Below are positions 41,036 to 51,523 of a DNA stretch of 64,000 nucleotides, in pieces. Position 1 is the stretch's first letter, and each line of letters begins with the position of its first letter. The translations under genes and the position numbers were made by a program. This DNA is from a virus (taxonomy: Duplodnaviria > Caudoviricetes): IMG/VR virus record IMGVR_UViG_3300026549_000080, positions 3,431 to 67,430 of that record; one strand, 5' to 3'. The notes under the pieces are model-generated. The model made no database searches, had not been told where the DNA came from, and worked only from the letters and a program-made list of their open reading frames with translations.

Positions 41036-41557
41036 ATGGAAAAGAAAACTATGGATACTCTCCGAACGATGATTTGTGGAGAGTTAGATGATATTGCAAA
41101 AAAGGGTACTTTAACTCATGAAACATTGGATATTTTAAAAGATTTATTAGATTCTGCAAAAAATTTAGAAAAAATTGAAAAGTATGCAAAAGAAAAAGAG
41201 GGAATGGATATGGACATGGGGTATAGTCAGAGAAAGTATTATATAGATGCTGACTACGATCCAACTCAAGCGACCAACTCTTATGCTCGCGGGCGCAATT
41301 CATATGGAATGGATGCTTACGGAATGGGCAATTCTTATGCCATGAATAGAAATTATGGCACGGGCGCAAACTACGCCAGAGGAAATAGCTATATGTATTA
41401 TGATCCTATGTATGATATGGGTCAATCAAGGCGTGGATATTCAATGACAGGCTCAAAAACCGATATGATTCATGAGTTAACTCAGATGATGTCTGAAACA
41501 GATGATGAGATGGTAAAGAAAACTATTTCTGAAACAATAGAAAAATTAAATAAGTAA
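41036..41557 (+). CDS. cassette gene 6, helical protein with NSYARG-like repeats
   Basis: 173 aa; repeated NSYARG/NSYGM/NYARGNSY. Confidence 0.65.
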   Translation: MEKKTMDTLRTMICGELDDIAKKGTLTHETLDILKDLLDSAKNLEKIEKYAKEKEGMDMDMGYSQRKYYIDADYDPTQATNSYARGRNSYGMDAYGMGNSYAMNRNYGTGANYARGNSYMYYDPMYDMGQSRRGYSMTGSKTDMIHELTQMMSETDDEMVKKTISETIEKLNK

Positions 41558-41564
41558 AAAAAAT

Positions 41565-41592
41565 AAAGGCGGGTGTTTACCCGTCTTTTTTA
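41565..41592 (+). terminator. intrinsic terminator closing cassette
   Basis: AAGGCGGGT-GTTT-ACCCGTCTT plus T tract. Confidence 0.75.
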
Positions 41593-41700
41593 TTTAAAAA
41601 ATTTGACTGCTATTTAGTTTTGTAATATACTATAAATAGGAAGATATATATTCTTCCAAGTTAGACTTCGTTATTACTTAAATAATATAGGAGAACAATC

Positions 41701-41949
41701 ATGGAAATCAAAACACTAGAAGCTCAATATGAGCTAATCGAATTCAATCACTATATAGACTATAGTGAAACTGAAGTTAATATTATTGATATGGTCATAA
41801 AGGCTAGTAACATAGAATTTATGGAAGATGAGCTTAGTAATGCTATAGTTGTCAGTTCAGATAGTTATTTTTATTCATTAATAGACTATGAATTAATTGA
41901 ATGTTATGATATTGGAAATAATTTAATAAGAGCTGTATATATAAGGTGA
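41701..41949 (+). CDS. hypothetical protein
   Basis: 82 aa with own TTGACT-17-TATACT promoter and AAGAACGG/CCGTTCTT terminator. Confidence 0.65.
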   Translation: MEIKTLEAQYELIEFNHYIDYSETEVNIIDMVIKASNIEFMEDELSNAIVVSSDSYFYSLIDYELIECYDIGNNLIRAVYIR

Positions 41950-42061
41950 TTGATTAAATTAAGAACGGGAAACCGTTCTTTTTTTTATGATCTAAAAAGT
42001 GAAGTCAGATGGTTTACATTCTACTTATTAAATAGAGAATGTATAAAGAGGTGGTATAATT

Positions 42062-42478
42062 ATGATAATACGGTATTCGACTCCATATCATAACTTTGTT
42101 CTTCCTTTTTTAATTGATGAAATTGAAGTTATAGAACTTATTTATTCTCAAGGTGGGATTAATCTTATTAATAAAAAATCTTCTGATGAAAGTAGTGGAA
42201 TTATTATTTCAGACTTAGGTGATTATATTGATAACGCTTCTATGGGTCACGAAGGATATATAAAGGATCTTATTGATAAATCAGAAGGCATGGAAAAAAG
42301 CTCTTTACTTCGAGTTCATTTAACTCAAGAAGAAACCGCCTTATTTACTTTTCATAAGGCGGCAAGAAAGAACATTGCTATTATAGAAATTCGAGTCAAA
42401 GATAAAAATAATAATGTTTTTGTTAGTTTTCCAATTCAAGTAAGAATTTTTGGAGGAACACAGGAAGGAGTTTTATAA
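42062..42478 (+). CDS. hypothetical late/structural protein
   Basis: 138 aa, first gene after putative late promoter. Confidence 0.6.
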   Translation: MIIRYSTPYHNFVLPFLIDEIEVIELIYSQGGINLINKKSSDESSGIIISDLGDYIDNASMGHEGYIKDLIDKSEGMEKSSLLRVHLTQEETALFTFHKAARKNIAIIEIRVKDKNNNVFVSFPIQVRIFGGTQEGVL

Positions 42479-42669
42479 TGAAAAAGAGAGAATTAAATCA
42501 AAGTATAAAAGAAAACCACGTCTATGTTCCCAGATTTAATGCGCTATCTTATGGAGACGATAGCACAGATGATTCTTATGATGAAATAATTTATTATGAT
42601 GGCGGAAGATTAGACGAAGAATCCACCCACATTTATGACGGTGGAGGAGTAGAAGGTTATGGCGATTAA
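42478..42669 (+). CDS. small acidic protein with YDGG repeats
   Basis: YYDGGRLDEE...IYDGGGVEGY. Confidence 0.6.
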   Translation: MKKRELNQSIKENHVYVPRFNALSYGDDSTDDSYDEIIYYDGGRLDEESTHIYDGGGVEGYGD

Positions 42670-43258
42670 AAGAATAAAAGCAGTAATTCAATTTCGTCGA
42701 GCTGAGGCTGAAAAGTGGTTAAAGGTAAATCCAGTTTTGCGAGAGGGAGAACCAGGCTTTGAAATAGATACTGGTTATTTAAAAATAGGCGATGGTAAAA
42801 CCCCTTGGAGTCAGCTAGAATATATGAGTGGCGAAAGTAACTTACCAGTTATAATTGAAAATCCAGTAGATAAACAAATTTTACTATATGATGCTGACTT
42901 AGACTGTTGGCGAAATTATCAGTTAAGTGATGAAAGCTCTATTATTTATTCAAATAGTGGGCTTTCTTTAAAGGGTTATGAAGAAGCGGCTCAAGGACAA
43001 ATGTTGGTTAAAGATGAGAATGAGGGTATAGCTTGGGTAGATCCTCTTTCTGATCAACAACTACAGGAGGCAGTTGAGGTAGCCGAGGGTGCGGCAACGC
43101 GCGCAAATACGTCTGCTTTGCAAGCAGGAAATTTTGCAGGAGATGCGGCAAGATCTGCGGCGCAGGTTGAAGGAAAGTTTTGGTATGGTACCATTGAAGA
43201 GTACAATGCGTTAGAACACATCAGCCGCTCAACAATTTATATAATTTTAAATGAGTAA
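42659..43258 (+). CDS. Mtd_N / hyaluronidase-N-like domain protein
   Basis: IQFRR...W...NPVLREGEPGFEIDTG.LKIGDG.TPW..L.Y. Confidence 0.7.
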   Translation: MAIKRIKAVIQFRRAEAEKWLKVNPVLREGEPGFEIDTGYLKIGDGKTPWSQLEYMSGESNLPVIIENPVDKQILLYDADLDCWRNYQLSDESSIIYSNSGLSLKGYEEAAQGQMLVKDENEGIAWVDPLSDQQLQEAVEVAEGAATRANTSALQAGNFAGDAARSAAQVEGKFWYGTIEEYNALEHISRSTIYIILNE

Positions 43259-43487
43259 AAAATTAGCAATGCCAAAGAGTGTAGAAACCAGAGAGTTAAT
43301 CGAAGGTCATCCTATTGGAGTAAGAAAAATTATTCAAGGAGATTTGAGAGAAAGAACTTGGTCTTCTGGGGGTGAATTATACACTCATAAAAATTCTGAT
43401 GGAGTGCTTCTTTATGATTCCCAAGAAAAACGAAATAGACCTTGGTTTATACTCGTTTACGAGTCTGGCGATAGGTATATAGATTAA
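43251..43487 (+). CDS. hypothetical protein
   Basis: 78 aa in operon. Confidence 0.55.
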   Translation: MSKKLAMPKSVETRELIEGHPIGVRKIIQGDLRERTWSSGGELYTHKNSDGVLLYDSQEKRNRPWFILVYESGDRYID

Positions 43488-43517
43488 TTATATTTTAATA
43501 TTAAAAGGAGAAGACGA

Positions 43518-46046
43518 ATGGCTCAATATTTTAATTTGACGTTAGATACCACAGCACCGAGTAATGGTGTATTGAGTGGGTTAAATACTTATTACAATAG
43601 TAGTGCCAGCGTAACAATCGCGGCAGATGGCGCGTCATATATGAAGGTATGGACGAATCAAACTGCGGTTGGTACAGCTAGCGATGCAGAGGTACCTAGT
43701 ATATGGGAACCATATAATACTAGTAAGACTGTTTCATTCTCTGCGCAGGGTGCTAATTATGTGCATGCCATGTTTATGGATGAAGTTGGTAATATTGGTG
43801 TGGTAGTTAATTCTGCAGAAGTTATTTATGATACTGTTAATCCTGTAATAAGTTCTATTGATATTAATAATGGTGCTGGTTATACCAATGTAAAAGAAGT
43901 AAGTGTAACGGTTAGTTTTTCAGATGCTACTTCTGGAGTAAACACTATTACTTTAAATGGCGATATTGATGAGGCGGGAACCTCTTATACGCTCACTAAC
44001 GAAGATAGAACAGCTGGTACAAAAACCTTTACTGTAAATCTTAGTGGAGCAGATGGAACTAAAACGGTTTCTGCGATTGCAGAGGATAGGGCTGGAAATA
44101 GTTCAACCTCTGTATCTGATTCGATTGTATTAGATACTTCTGCGGCGGAAGGAACACTTGTATTAAGAAAAGCTGATGATAGCGCAAACTTACCCGAGTT
44201 TGTAAACTATGTAGAATATGCTGCGGCAATTGAAACAGAAGACACCGATATTGTTGGGTATAAAATTTGGGAAGGTAATACAGAACCAAGTGAATGGACT
44301 ACCGTTACTCAAGACCCGCAAAATCCAAGAATTTTAGTAGAAAATCTTTCTCTTTCTTCTGGAGATGGTGTCAAGACAATTCATGCAAAAATTCAAGACG
44401 AAGCAGGTACTATTACAGAGCTTACAGCTGTTAATGTAACCCTTGATACTATTGCACCTACTGTAACTTTATCTGGTAGCCCAACGGTTATTTCTGCTGT
44501 TTCTGGATATAATGAGGTTACATTTACTTGTGGCGCCACAGATGTTAATTCTGCGCAAGGTTTAAATTATGAACTAAAGCTTGGAACGGATGTTATTAAG
44601 AGTGGTGTCTTAACAGAAACTGTTGTTGTTACTACTACTGAAATTGAAGCAATCAGCGCGGGAGAAGGCAACAAGAGCTTTACTCTTGAAGTAACTGATA
44701 TTGCGGAAAATACGGGAGTATCAACCGCACAGGTAATTACACTTGACAAAACTGCACCTACTGGTTCTGTTACTGCTGAACAATATTATAATAGTCAAAG
44801 CATTACAGTTGCGGTAGCTGGTTCTGATGCTGGCGGCGCAACGATGTCTAAAATGAAGGTTTGGCTTGATAATAATGAGCCAGCCACTTGGGAAGATTTT
44901 ACAGCTGGTAACTATGCAATGTCAAGTATATCAGAAGGTGCGCACGTTGCCCATGTTAAGTTTATGGACAGTGTTGGCAATGAATCCACGACTTTTAATA
45001 GCTCTGAATTTATTGTTGACGTAACAGCTCCAACACTTTCAATTTCAACACCGGCGTACACTGGTTCAACTTCTATTGTTGTAACTCTTACTTATAGTGA
45101 TGCAAAGGGAGCGATTGCGGTTTCTGATGTTGATCAGATGAAGGTTTGGGAAGATGGAACTACTGAGCCAGAGTGGGAATCTGTAGCAAGCACAAAGAAC
45201 ATTACTTTAACAAATGGTGATGGTACTAAGACGTTAAAGGGTAAAGTTAAAGATGCGGCAGGTAATATTTCAGAAATTGCGACTACAACAACAGTTCTTG
45301 ATACAGATGAGCCTGATGCGGTATTAAATCTTTATAAAACTGATGGAACAACATTACTTCCTGCAAGAGTTAACGTAACTGGTTTTGTGGCTAAGCTTTC
45401 ACATACTGCGCCAGATACAGCGCCGATTGTAGAATATAAGTTAAGCGGTGATTTTGATCAATCAAGCGATCAGTGGCAGACCTTTACTTATGACGCTGGC
45501 CAAACTTATATGACAATTAGTGGGTTAACTCTTACAGATAGCGATGCCTTAAAGACGATTAGTTTACAAATTAAAGACGCAGCTGGAAACGTTTCTTCTG
45601 TTGTTAACCAAACAGTTACACTTGACAGAGTGCCTCCAGTAATTGATGTTGCAAATGTTGATTATAATATTGTTTCTAAACAGCATACAGCAAGACTCAA
45701 TGCTGCGGGAACAGAAATTAGTGGAGCATATAATGATATGATGACCTTTAGTTTTTCTGCTAATGAAAACTTAGTTGCTTGGAAGGTTTGTGTAAATGAA
45801 ACTGGACAAACAGCTGAAGGTGCGGTAGCTATTGGTACAACAGGCGGCTCACAAAATATGACTGGTGGAACAGTTGATGGACATATTGTAGCCGTAGAAG
45901 CAAATACAGATGTAAATTGTACTATAATGGGTGCTGATTTTGCAGCAACTAGTGCAGTTAATGACACAGATGGTGCCTATGAAGTTATTGTATATGGACA
46001 AGATGAAGGTCACACCTGGTCAGCAATTCATGCTATGAGCATATAA
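43518..46046 (+). CDS. multi-Ig-like-domain virion-type protein (842 aa)
   Basis: About eight ~100-aa repeats starting DT(T/V/I)(A/N)P with D.AGN motifs. Confidence 0.75.
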   Translation: MAQYFNLTLDTTAPSNGVLSGLNTYYNSSASVTIAADGASYMKVWTNQTAVGTASDAEVPSIWEPYNTSKTVSFSAQGANYVHAMFMDEVGNIGVVVNSAEVIYDTVNPVISSIDINNGAGYTNVKEVSVTVSFSDATSGVNTITLNGDIDEAGTSYTLTNEDRTAGTKTFTVNLSGADGTKTVSAIAEDRAGNSSTSVSDSIVLDTSAAEGTLVLRKADDSANLPEFVNYVEYAAAIETEDTDIVGYKIWEGNTEPSEWTTVTQDPQNPRILVENLSLSSGDGVKTIHAKIQDEAGTITELTAVNVTLDTIAPTVTLSGSPTVISAVSGYNEVTFTCGATDVNSAQGLNYELKLGTDVIKSGVLTETVVVTTTEIEAISAGEGNKSFTLEVTDIAENTGVSTAQVITLDKTAPTGSVTAEQYYNSQSITVAVAGSDAGGATMSKMKVWLDNNEPATWEDFTAGNYAMSSISEGAHVAHVKFMDSVGNESTTFNSSEFIVDVTAPTLSISTPAYTGSTSIVVTLTYSDAKGAIAVSDVDQMKVWEDGTTEPEWESVASTKNITLTNGDGTKTLKGKVKDAAGNISEIATTTTVLDTDEPDAVLNLYKTDGTTLLPARVNVTGFVAKLSHTAPDTAPIVEYKLSGDFDQSSDQWQTFTYDAGQTYMTISGLTLTDSDALKTISLQIKDAAGNVSSVVNQTVTLDRVPPVIDVANVDYNIVSKQHTARLNAAGTEISGAYNDMMTFSFSANENLVAWKVCVNETGQTAEGAVAIGTTGGSQNMTGGTVDGHIVAVEANTDVNCTIMGADFAATSAVNDTDGAYEVIVYGQDEGHTWSAIHAMSI

Positions 46047-46108
46047 ATAAAAATAAAAGGGGAGGGTAGTTATTCTTCCCTCCTCTAATCTTTTTAAAGG
46101 AGAGAAAA

Positions 46109-47242
46109 ATGTCACAACCTAGTATAACTTATACATTGACCTGGGGAGCTAACAATGTATATCAAAAATTATCTGGTCAAACGTATACTGATCCGAACGG
46201 AAAAGTTGTGGACTGTAATACTTTAGTTGTAAATATAGTAGCTCCCGAAGATTTTGTAAAATTTTATGCGACCGCAGTAAAAGACGGAAAAGACTATGGA
46301 TTTATTGATGACGTATTAGTTGATATAGAAGGAGAAAACCCTACTGGTATTAAAATTCATGAGTTAAATTTAAGAAATGCAGGAACTTATTCTTTCACTA
46401 TAAACGCTACTAATCATTTGATTGATGGTGGTGGATTATATAGAATTGGGTTATATATACAGCAAGAAGATGGGACATGGAATTATGAGTATTTCTTTGT
46501 TCCGGTTGGTCACGATTATTTTGACTTACAAAATTTAGGCGATCATCTAATGGTTCCAGTAGTTACTGATCCCGGAGAAGCGTATGCTGTATTTGATAGT
46601 AGTATTAATACATTAACTTTTTTTAGGGATAAGAAGAATAAATATAGTCAAAGACAAACTGATGGTACAAAAATCTATTATACAGGAATAGAAGATATAG
46701 AAGGGTCAGATATTTTGGCATTGCCATGGTATTCAGAACAACCAAACATACAAAATGTAATTTTTCAAGATATAATAAAACCAAAATCAACTGCGTGGTG
46801 GTTTTATAGAATGTCATTTAGTGAAATTATTAATTTTGAAAAACTTGATACAAGTAAGGTCACAACAATGGCAAATATGTTTAATAGTTGTAAAGAACTT
46901 ACAACTATTAATATTAATATATTTAATACTAGTAACGTAATAGATATGTCTGGTATGTTTTATAAATGTATTGGTTTAGTTAATCTTGACGCATATGATA
47001 TTGATATGAGTAAAGTTAATAACACAGAGGGTATGTTTACCCTTTGTCGTTTCATTCATACAACACTTAATATTAAAAAAATGCCTGATTCATACAGTGG
47101 AATGTTTAGTTCCGCTGCTCTTTCTGATTTTGGTGGGGAAATAATACTTAAATATACAAGTCCAGTAACAGAAACAGATATTAGTACATTAATTTCTACG
47201 GCGCCTTCTACAAGCAATATCATTAACGGCGGTCCTGCATAA
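46109..47242 (+). CDS. BspA/DUF285-like leucine-rich repeat protein
   Basis: LDTSKVTTMANMF, FNTSNVIDMSGMF, MSKVNNTEGMF repeats. Confidence 0.7.
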   Translation: MSQPSITYTLTWGANNVYQKLSGQTYTDPNGKVVDCNTLVVNIVAPEDFVKFYATAVKDGKDYGFIDDVLVDIEGENPTGIKIHELNLRNAGTYSFTINATNHLIDGGGLYRIGLYIQQEDGTWNYEYFFVPVGHDYFDLQNLGDHLMVPVVTDPGEAYAVFDSSINTLTFFRDKKNKYSQRQTDGTKIYYTGIEDIEGSDILALPWYSEQPNIQNVIFQDIIKPKSTAWWFYRMSFSEIINFEKLDTSKVTTMANMFNSCKELTTININIFNTSNVIDMSGMFYKCIGLVNLDAYDIDMSKVNNTEGMFTLCRFIHTTLNIKKMPDSYSGMFSSAALSDFGGEIILKYTSPVTETDISTLISTAPSTSNIINGGPA

Positions 47243-47268
47243 AAGATATAAATATAGGAGAATAAAAA

Positions 47269-48546
47269 ATGAGTAATTATCTTTCTGTATATTCGGGAAG
47301 TATGATAGATGAAGTCATAGGTCTTTTTGCAAATAAAGGATTAGAAAATGTAAATGGATTAATTCAAAGAAATGCAGACGGAACTTTTAGTGTAAAAGCA
47401 ATTAATTTGGCAACTGATACTACTGCTGGACTAATAAAAACGAATCCTTCTGAATCAATAACTTTAAATGCAGATGGTCAACTTGATGTAGGCGGTCGCC
47501 TAGGACAAATGAGCAATACAACTGGTGTATATTCACCAAAAACAATTAACCCCGCTCAAGTAAACAATGGATCTTTCTTACTGACTGAAGCAAGCGGAAC
47601 TAAATTAGGATCAAAAAGTCTAGCCGTTTCTACAGGAACAGGTATTTCTTTAAAAACTGCTGCCCAACCTGGGGCTACTCAATATGTAGTAGCAAATACC
47701 TATGAAAATCGCATTATATGTGCTGGCGCAGTTGGTGCGACAGTAGCTTTGGATGAGAGTAGCGCGGCAGAAAATTATGTGAATGTTACTTCTGTACAAA
47801 TAGGTGGCAGTTCATTTGTCCCAAATAGTGGCGCTGACAACAGTTCAAATAATATTATTATTACAACAGATGAAAGTATTAATCCAGATAGTTCTATTAA
47901 GCAAATTCGTGTTTATTTCGATGAGGGCAGCGGTTTCTCTAATTTATTTGTTGGACAAGCTGTAGGTGGTGCTGGTGGTGCCTCAGTTGTTGTTGGTCAA
48001 AAAAATTATAGCGCTTCTGGTAATGCGTGTGCAATTATTGGGGCTTCTATATATAATTCTGGCAATGGAAATGCTTTATTTGGTAGGCAGCATATTAGTC
48101 GTAAAAATCGTTCGATGCTTGTTGGAACTGGTCATGATACTACCAATGCAAGAACAGAAGGTGTTGCAGCTTTTGGCTTATGGTCAGATTTAAATTCAGA
48201 AACATTATTTGCAATTGGTAATGGAACAAGTCAAACAGTAAGAAGCAATGCTTTTGAAGTAAATTCTACTGGAATAAAAGCCATGAATATGGCAAGCGGA
48301 AAAACCAGCAGCATACAAACGCCTGCAAACAGTACAAAAACACTAGATATTACTTTTGGAAAGACCTTTCCCGCTATACCAAATGTTGTGGTTGGTTTTG
48401 ATTCTAACTCAACCGATGGCGCGTTTGGAAAATGTTCCTGTTCTGTGACAGGCATAACTACAACTGGCTGTACTATTAAAATTTTTAATGGTGATACAAC
48501 ATCTAGATCGCCAAACTGTCACTGGATTGCAGTTTCATCTTTATAA
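47269..48546 (+). CDS. tail-fibre/adhesin-like protein with YadA-like neck and lectin-like C-terminus
   Basis: LFAIGNGTS...RSNAF motif; C-terminal ITFGKTFPAIPNVVVG...HWIAV. Confidence 0.55.
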   Translation: MSNYLSVYSGSMIDEVIGLFANKGLENVNGLIQRNADGTFSVKAINLATDTTAGLIKTNPSESITLNADGQLDVGGRLGQMSNTTGVYSPKTINPAQVNNGSFLLTEASGTKLGSKSLAVSTGTGISLKTAAQPGATQYVVANTYENRIICAGAVGATVALDESSAAENYVNVTSVQIGGSSFVPNSGADNSSNNIIITTDESINPDSSIKQIRVYFDEGSGFSNLFVGQAVGGAGGASVVVGQKNYSASGNACAIIGASIYNSGNGNALFGRQHISRKNRSMLVGTGHDTTNARTEGVAAFGLWSDLNSETLFAIGNGTSQTVRSNAFEVNSTGIKAMNMASGKTSSIQTPANSTKTLDITFGKTFPAIPNVVVGFDSNSTDGAFGKCSCSVTGITTTGCTIKIFNGDTTSRSPNCHWIAVSSL

Positions 48547-48569
48547 AACAGATTTAATGAGGTAGAAAA

Positions 48570-48890
48570 ATGGCAGAAGAAAAACGAATTAAAGCTGTAA
48601 TTCAACTCCGCCGCGCATTAAAAAAAGATTGGGAAGAATTAAACCCAGTTTTACGTATTGGTGAGCCAGGTTTTGAAATAGATACTGGTAGACTTAAAAT
48701 AGGCGATGCAAATACTCCTTGGAAAAATTTACCATATATAGGTGGTTCATCTACATTTGATTATGATGTATTAATAAACAAACCTAGTATTGAAGGAGTT
48801 GAATTAATTGGAGATAAAGCAATGAAAGAATTGGGCGTTGATACTTTAAGCGTTCAGGAAATAGAAAAGATTTTATATTTAGGAGGTTAA
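48570..48890 (+). CDS. second Mtd_N-like domain protein
   Basis: IKAVIQLRR...NPVLRIGEPGFEIDTGRLKIGD, paralogous to 42659-43258. Confidence 0.7.
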   Translation: MAEEKRIKAVIQLRRALKKDWEELNPVLRIGEPGFEIDTGRLKIGDANTPWKNLPYIGGSSTFDYDVLINKPSIEGVELIGDKAMKELGVDTLSVQEIEKILYLGG

Positions 48891-48894
48891 ATAT

Positions 48895-49644
48895 ATGGCT
48901 GATCAATATATTAATGGAGTAGGCGTTGCCGCAATAAGAGATTGGGCAAATGGAAAATTCGCTTTAGACGCTGATTTGGACACATTAGATGCTAAAGTTG
49001 AAACTATTATTGCAGAAGGCGGAGAGCCAAATGTAATTGAAACTGTTAAGGTTAATGATACTGCTTTAGTACCAGACGCGCAAAAAGCAGTAAACGTAAG
49101 TGTTCCTACGGCTCTTAGTCAGTTGACTAATGATGGAGATGGAACACAGGGGAGTGCCTATGCTACGCAAAGTTATGTTGATACAAATGGTGGAAAGATT
49201 GATACAATTAGTGTCAATGGCACTCAACAGACTATAACAAATAAGAATGTTGATATTACTGTTCCTACTTCAACTTCAGACTTAACAAATGATAGCGGTT
49301 TTCAAACAGGAAGTGATGTAAGCTCTGCTGTTTCTACAGCGTTAGCTAACAGCGGAAATCCATATCAAACTCAAACCGATGTTCAAACTGCTATAGGCTC
49401 TGCTGTTAGTTCAGCCTATAAGTATAAGGGATCTGTGGCAACGGTTGGTGATCTACCTACAACAGGACAGACTGCCGGTGACGTATATGATGTTCAGGCT
49501 ACTGGAATGAATTATGCTTGGAATGGTAGCACTTGGGATGCACTTGGTCAATATGTTGATACTTCATTGTTCTGGCAAAAATCAGAACTTACTGCTTTAA
49601 CAGTTTCTGAAATTAATGAAATACTTGAACCAACACAGCCCTAA
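48895..49644 (+). CDS. structural/fibre-like protein
   Basis: 249 aa with TSDLTNDSGF repeats and YKYKGSVAT...WDALG motif common in tail proteins. Confidence 0.55.
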   Translation: MADQYINGVGVAAIRDWANGKFALDADLDTLDAKVETIIAEGGEPNVIETVKVNDTALVPDAQKAVNVSVPTALSQLTNDGDGTQGSAYATQSYVDTNGGKIDTISVNGTQQTITNKNVDITVPTSTSDLTNDSGFQTGSDVSSAVSTALANSGNPYQTQTDVQTAIGSAVSSAYKYKGSVATVGDLPTTGQTAGDVYDVQATGMNYAWNGSTWDALGQYVDTSLFWQKSELTALTVSEINEILEPTQP

Positions 49645-49648
49645 TTTA

Positions 49649-49900
49649 TTATAAAATAAAATAAAAACGACTACTAAGTAGTCGTTTTTTATTTTTAAAT
49701 TTATTGTCACAATATTTATTTGCTTCATTATTTGCTTCTGCCCAATCACTACTATAAGGACAATCATATGCAAATGTTGGTTCATCTTTTTTACTTAATT
49801 TTATAATTTCATCTATCGTATAGCCTTTACCAATATAAGGTTTTATACTCCATTCTAACATTTGAGTTTTTTGATAATGTATACAATCTTTACATTTCAT
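49649..49900 (-). CDS. hypothetical protein
   Basis: 83 aa, CKDCIHY start; 3' end runs into the terminator. Confidence 0.5.
   Translation of the reverse strand: MKCKDCIHYQKTQMLEWSIKPYIGKGYTIDEIIKLSKKDEPTFAYDCPYSSDWAEANNEANKYCDNKFKNKKRLLSSRFYFIL
49663..49691. terminator. bidirectional terminator
   Basis: AAAAACGACTAC-TAA-GTAGTCGTTTTT. Confidence 0.75.
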
Positions 49901-50378
49901 TTTCTACCCTTATCCTATGATAAAAAAATACTGTATCTCCTATATAATCTTTCCACTCGTCTAATTCGCACTCTTTTACTGGCCCCGAGCCACATTTTTC
50001 CATCCATTTTCCATCCCTAAATACTTTGAAATGAAAATCATATTCATATCCGTAGGAATAGTTAACACAAAACGTATTGAAAGCTATTAATTCTACATCA
50101 TTTGTGGGCGCAGGATTACCATTGCACAATTCTAATTCATCTTGAAATTCTTTTAACATCCCTTCTGCTAAAATTTCTCCATAGATAGTTGAAATCTCCC
50201 AATCTTCATATCCCTCATTAAATTTTTCTTCAATCCAAGAATAAATTTCTCCTTCTGTTACTTCAAAATAATGTTCTGGATCATACCACTCATTTAATCT
50301 TAAGGCGTAACTACCACAATTTGCTTCATCAGGATATTCTTCATAATATAACAAATTTGAATTTCGTGTATATGCCAT
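49890..50378 (-). CDS. hypothetical protein (possible Cys/His catalytic residues)
   Basis: ANCGSYAL...DFHF...WMEKCGSGP; SD and promoter upstream. Confidence 0.6.
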   Translation of the reverse strand: MAYTRNSNLLYYEEYPDEANCGSYALRLNEWYDPEHYFEVTEGEIYSWIEEKFNEGYEDWEISTIYGEILAEGMLKEFQDELELCNGNPAPTNDVELIAFNTFCVNYSYGYEYDFHFKVFRDGKWMEKCGSGPVKECELDEWKDYIGDTVFFYHRIRVENEM

Positions 50379-50595
50379 ATTGTCTCCTTTCTTATTCTAT
50401 TAATATTATAATTGTTTTTTTAAAATAAAACAAATTTTATATATATAATAAATGAGAATTTGCTTATGCAAATTCTCTATCCTTTTAAATATAATAATAT
50501 ATTTTTTGAATTAAATCAAATTATTAAAAAGAATAATTTGAAAATTTTAAAAAAATTTGATATACTATATATAGATTATAAAAGGAGAAATATGT

Positions 50596-51018
50596 ATGGA
50601 AAATAAGAAACAATTATATAGTGAATATGATAGGGTAGTACAAACTATCATGACAAATATTTTAATAGAAAGAGGAAGAAGTGGTAAATTTATTTTATAT
50701 AAATTTTATCCAGAAAAAGATTCACATCGTTTGTATTTTAATATAACTGCAGTCGCGGCAGATCTTAATAAAGAAAAAATATATTTAGATATGCCACTAA
50801 AAAAGTATTTTATTTTTAAAAAGAAAGAAAATAAAAAACGCCTTAATTTAAAATGGATTAATCCCATTCAAAAAATATTTTTAAAAGATGATTTTAAAAT
50901 TAGTATTTCATATTTAATGTCTTTTATTAGAAGGGAATTAAATATAAAGGAAAGTTTATATAAAGAAATTAATAATGAATACTATGAAAGGAGGTCAGAT
51001 GAAGATTATATGTGTTAA
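50596..51018 (+). CDS. hypothetical protein
   Basis: 140 aa, TTGAAA-17-TATACT promoter. Confidence 0.6.
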   Translation: MENKKQLYSEYDRVVQTIMTNILIERGRSGKFILYKFYPEKDSHRLYFNITAVAADLNKEKIYLDMPLKKYFIFKKKENKKRLNLKWINPIQKIFLKDDFKISISYLMSFIRRELNIKESLYKEINNEYYERRSDEDYMC

Positions 51019-51523
51019 TGGATATGCAAGAAGTGGAAAAGATACTTTTTGTAATATGGCCTTTTTTAATCGAGGTTTAGTATATTATTATTCTACCATT
51101 GATGAAGTTAAAAAATTTGCGAAAATATTAGGTTGGGATGGAAAGAAAGACGAAAAGGGAAGGAAACTATTAAGTGACCTAAAAGATTGTCTTACCGAAT
51201 ATAATGATTTACCTAATAAATATGTACTTGCACAGATTAAGCGAAAACTTTCTATAATTATTGATCCAGATAATTCTATATTTTTAGTGCAGATGAGAGA
51301 ACCAAAAGAAATAAAGCAATGGTGTAAGAACTATAATGCAAAATCGCTTCTCATTAGGCGCCCCGCTATAGAAAAGAAATGGGGAAATCACGCAGATGAT
51401 GGGGTATTAACTAATGAATATGATTATACAATATATAATGATAGCACTATAGAGGATTTAAAAGAAAAAACAATTGATTTTATTGATAAAGTAAGAAAAG
51501 AAGATTGGGAGTCATATATATGA
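50999..51523 (+). CDS. deoxynucleoside-monophosphate-kinase-like P-loop protein
   Basis: MKIICVNGYARSGKDT, LGWDG.KDEKGR.LL; start moved to SD-preceded ATG. Confidence 0.65.
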   Translation: MKIICVNGYARSGKDTFCNMAFFNRGLVYYYSTIDEVKKFAKILGWDGKKDEKGRKLLSDLKDCLTEYNDLPNKYVLAQIKRKLSIIIDPDNSIFLVQMREPKEIKQWCKNYNAKSLLIRRPAIEKKWGNHADDGVLTNEYDYTIYNDSTIEDLKEKTIDFIDKVRKEDWESYI

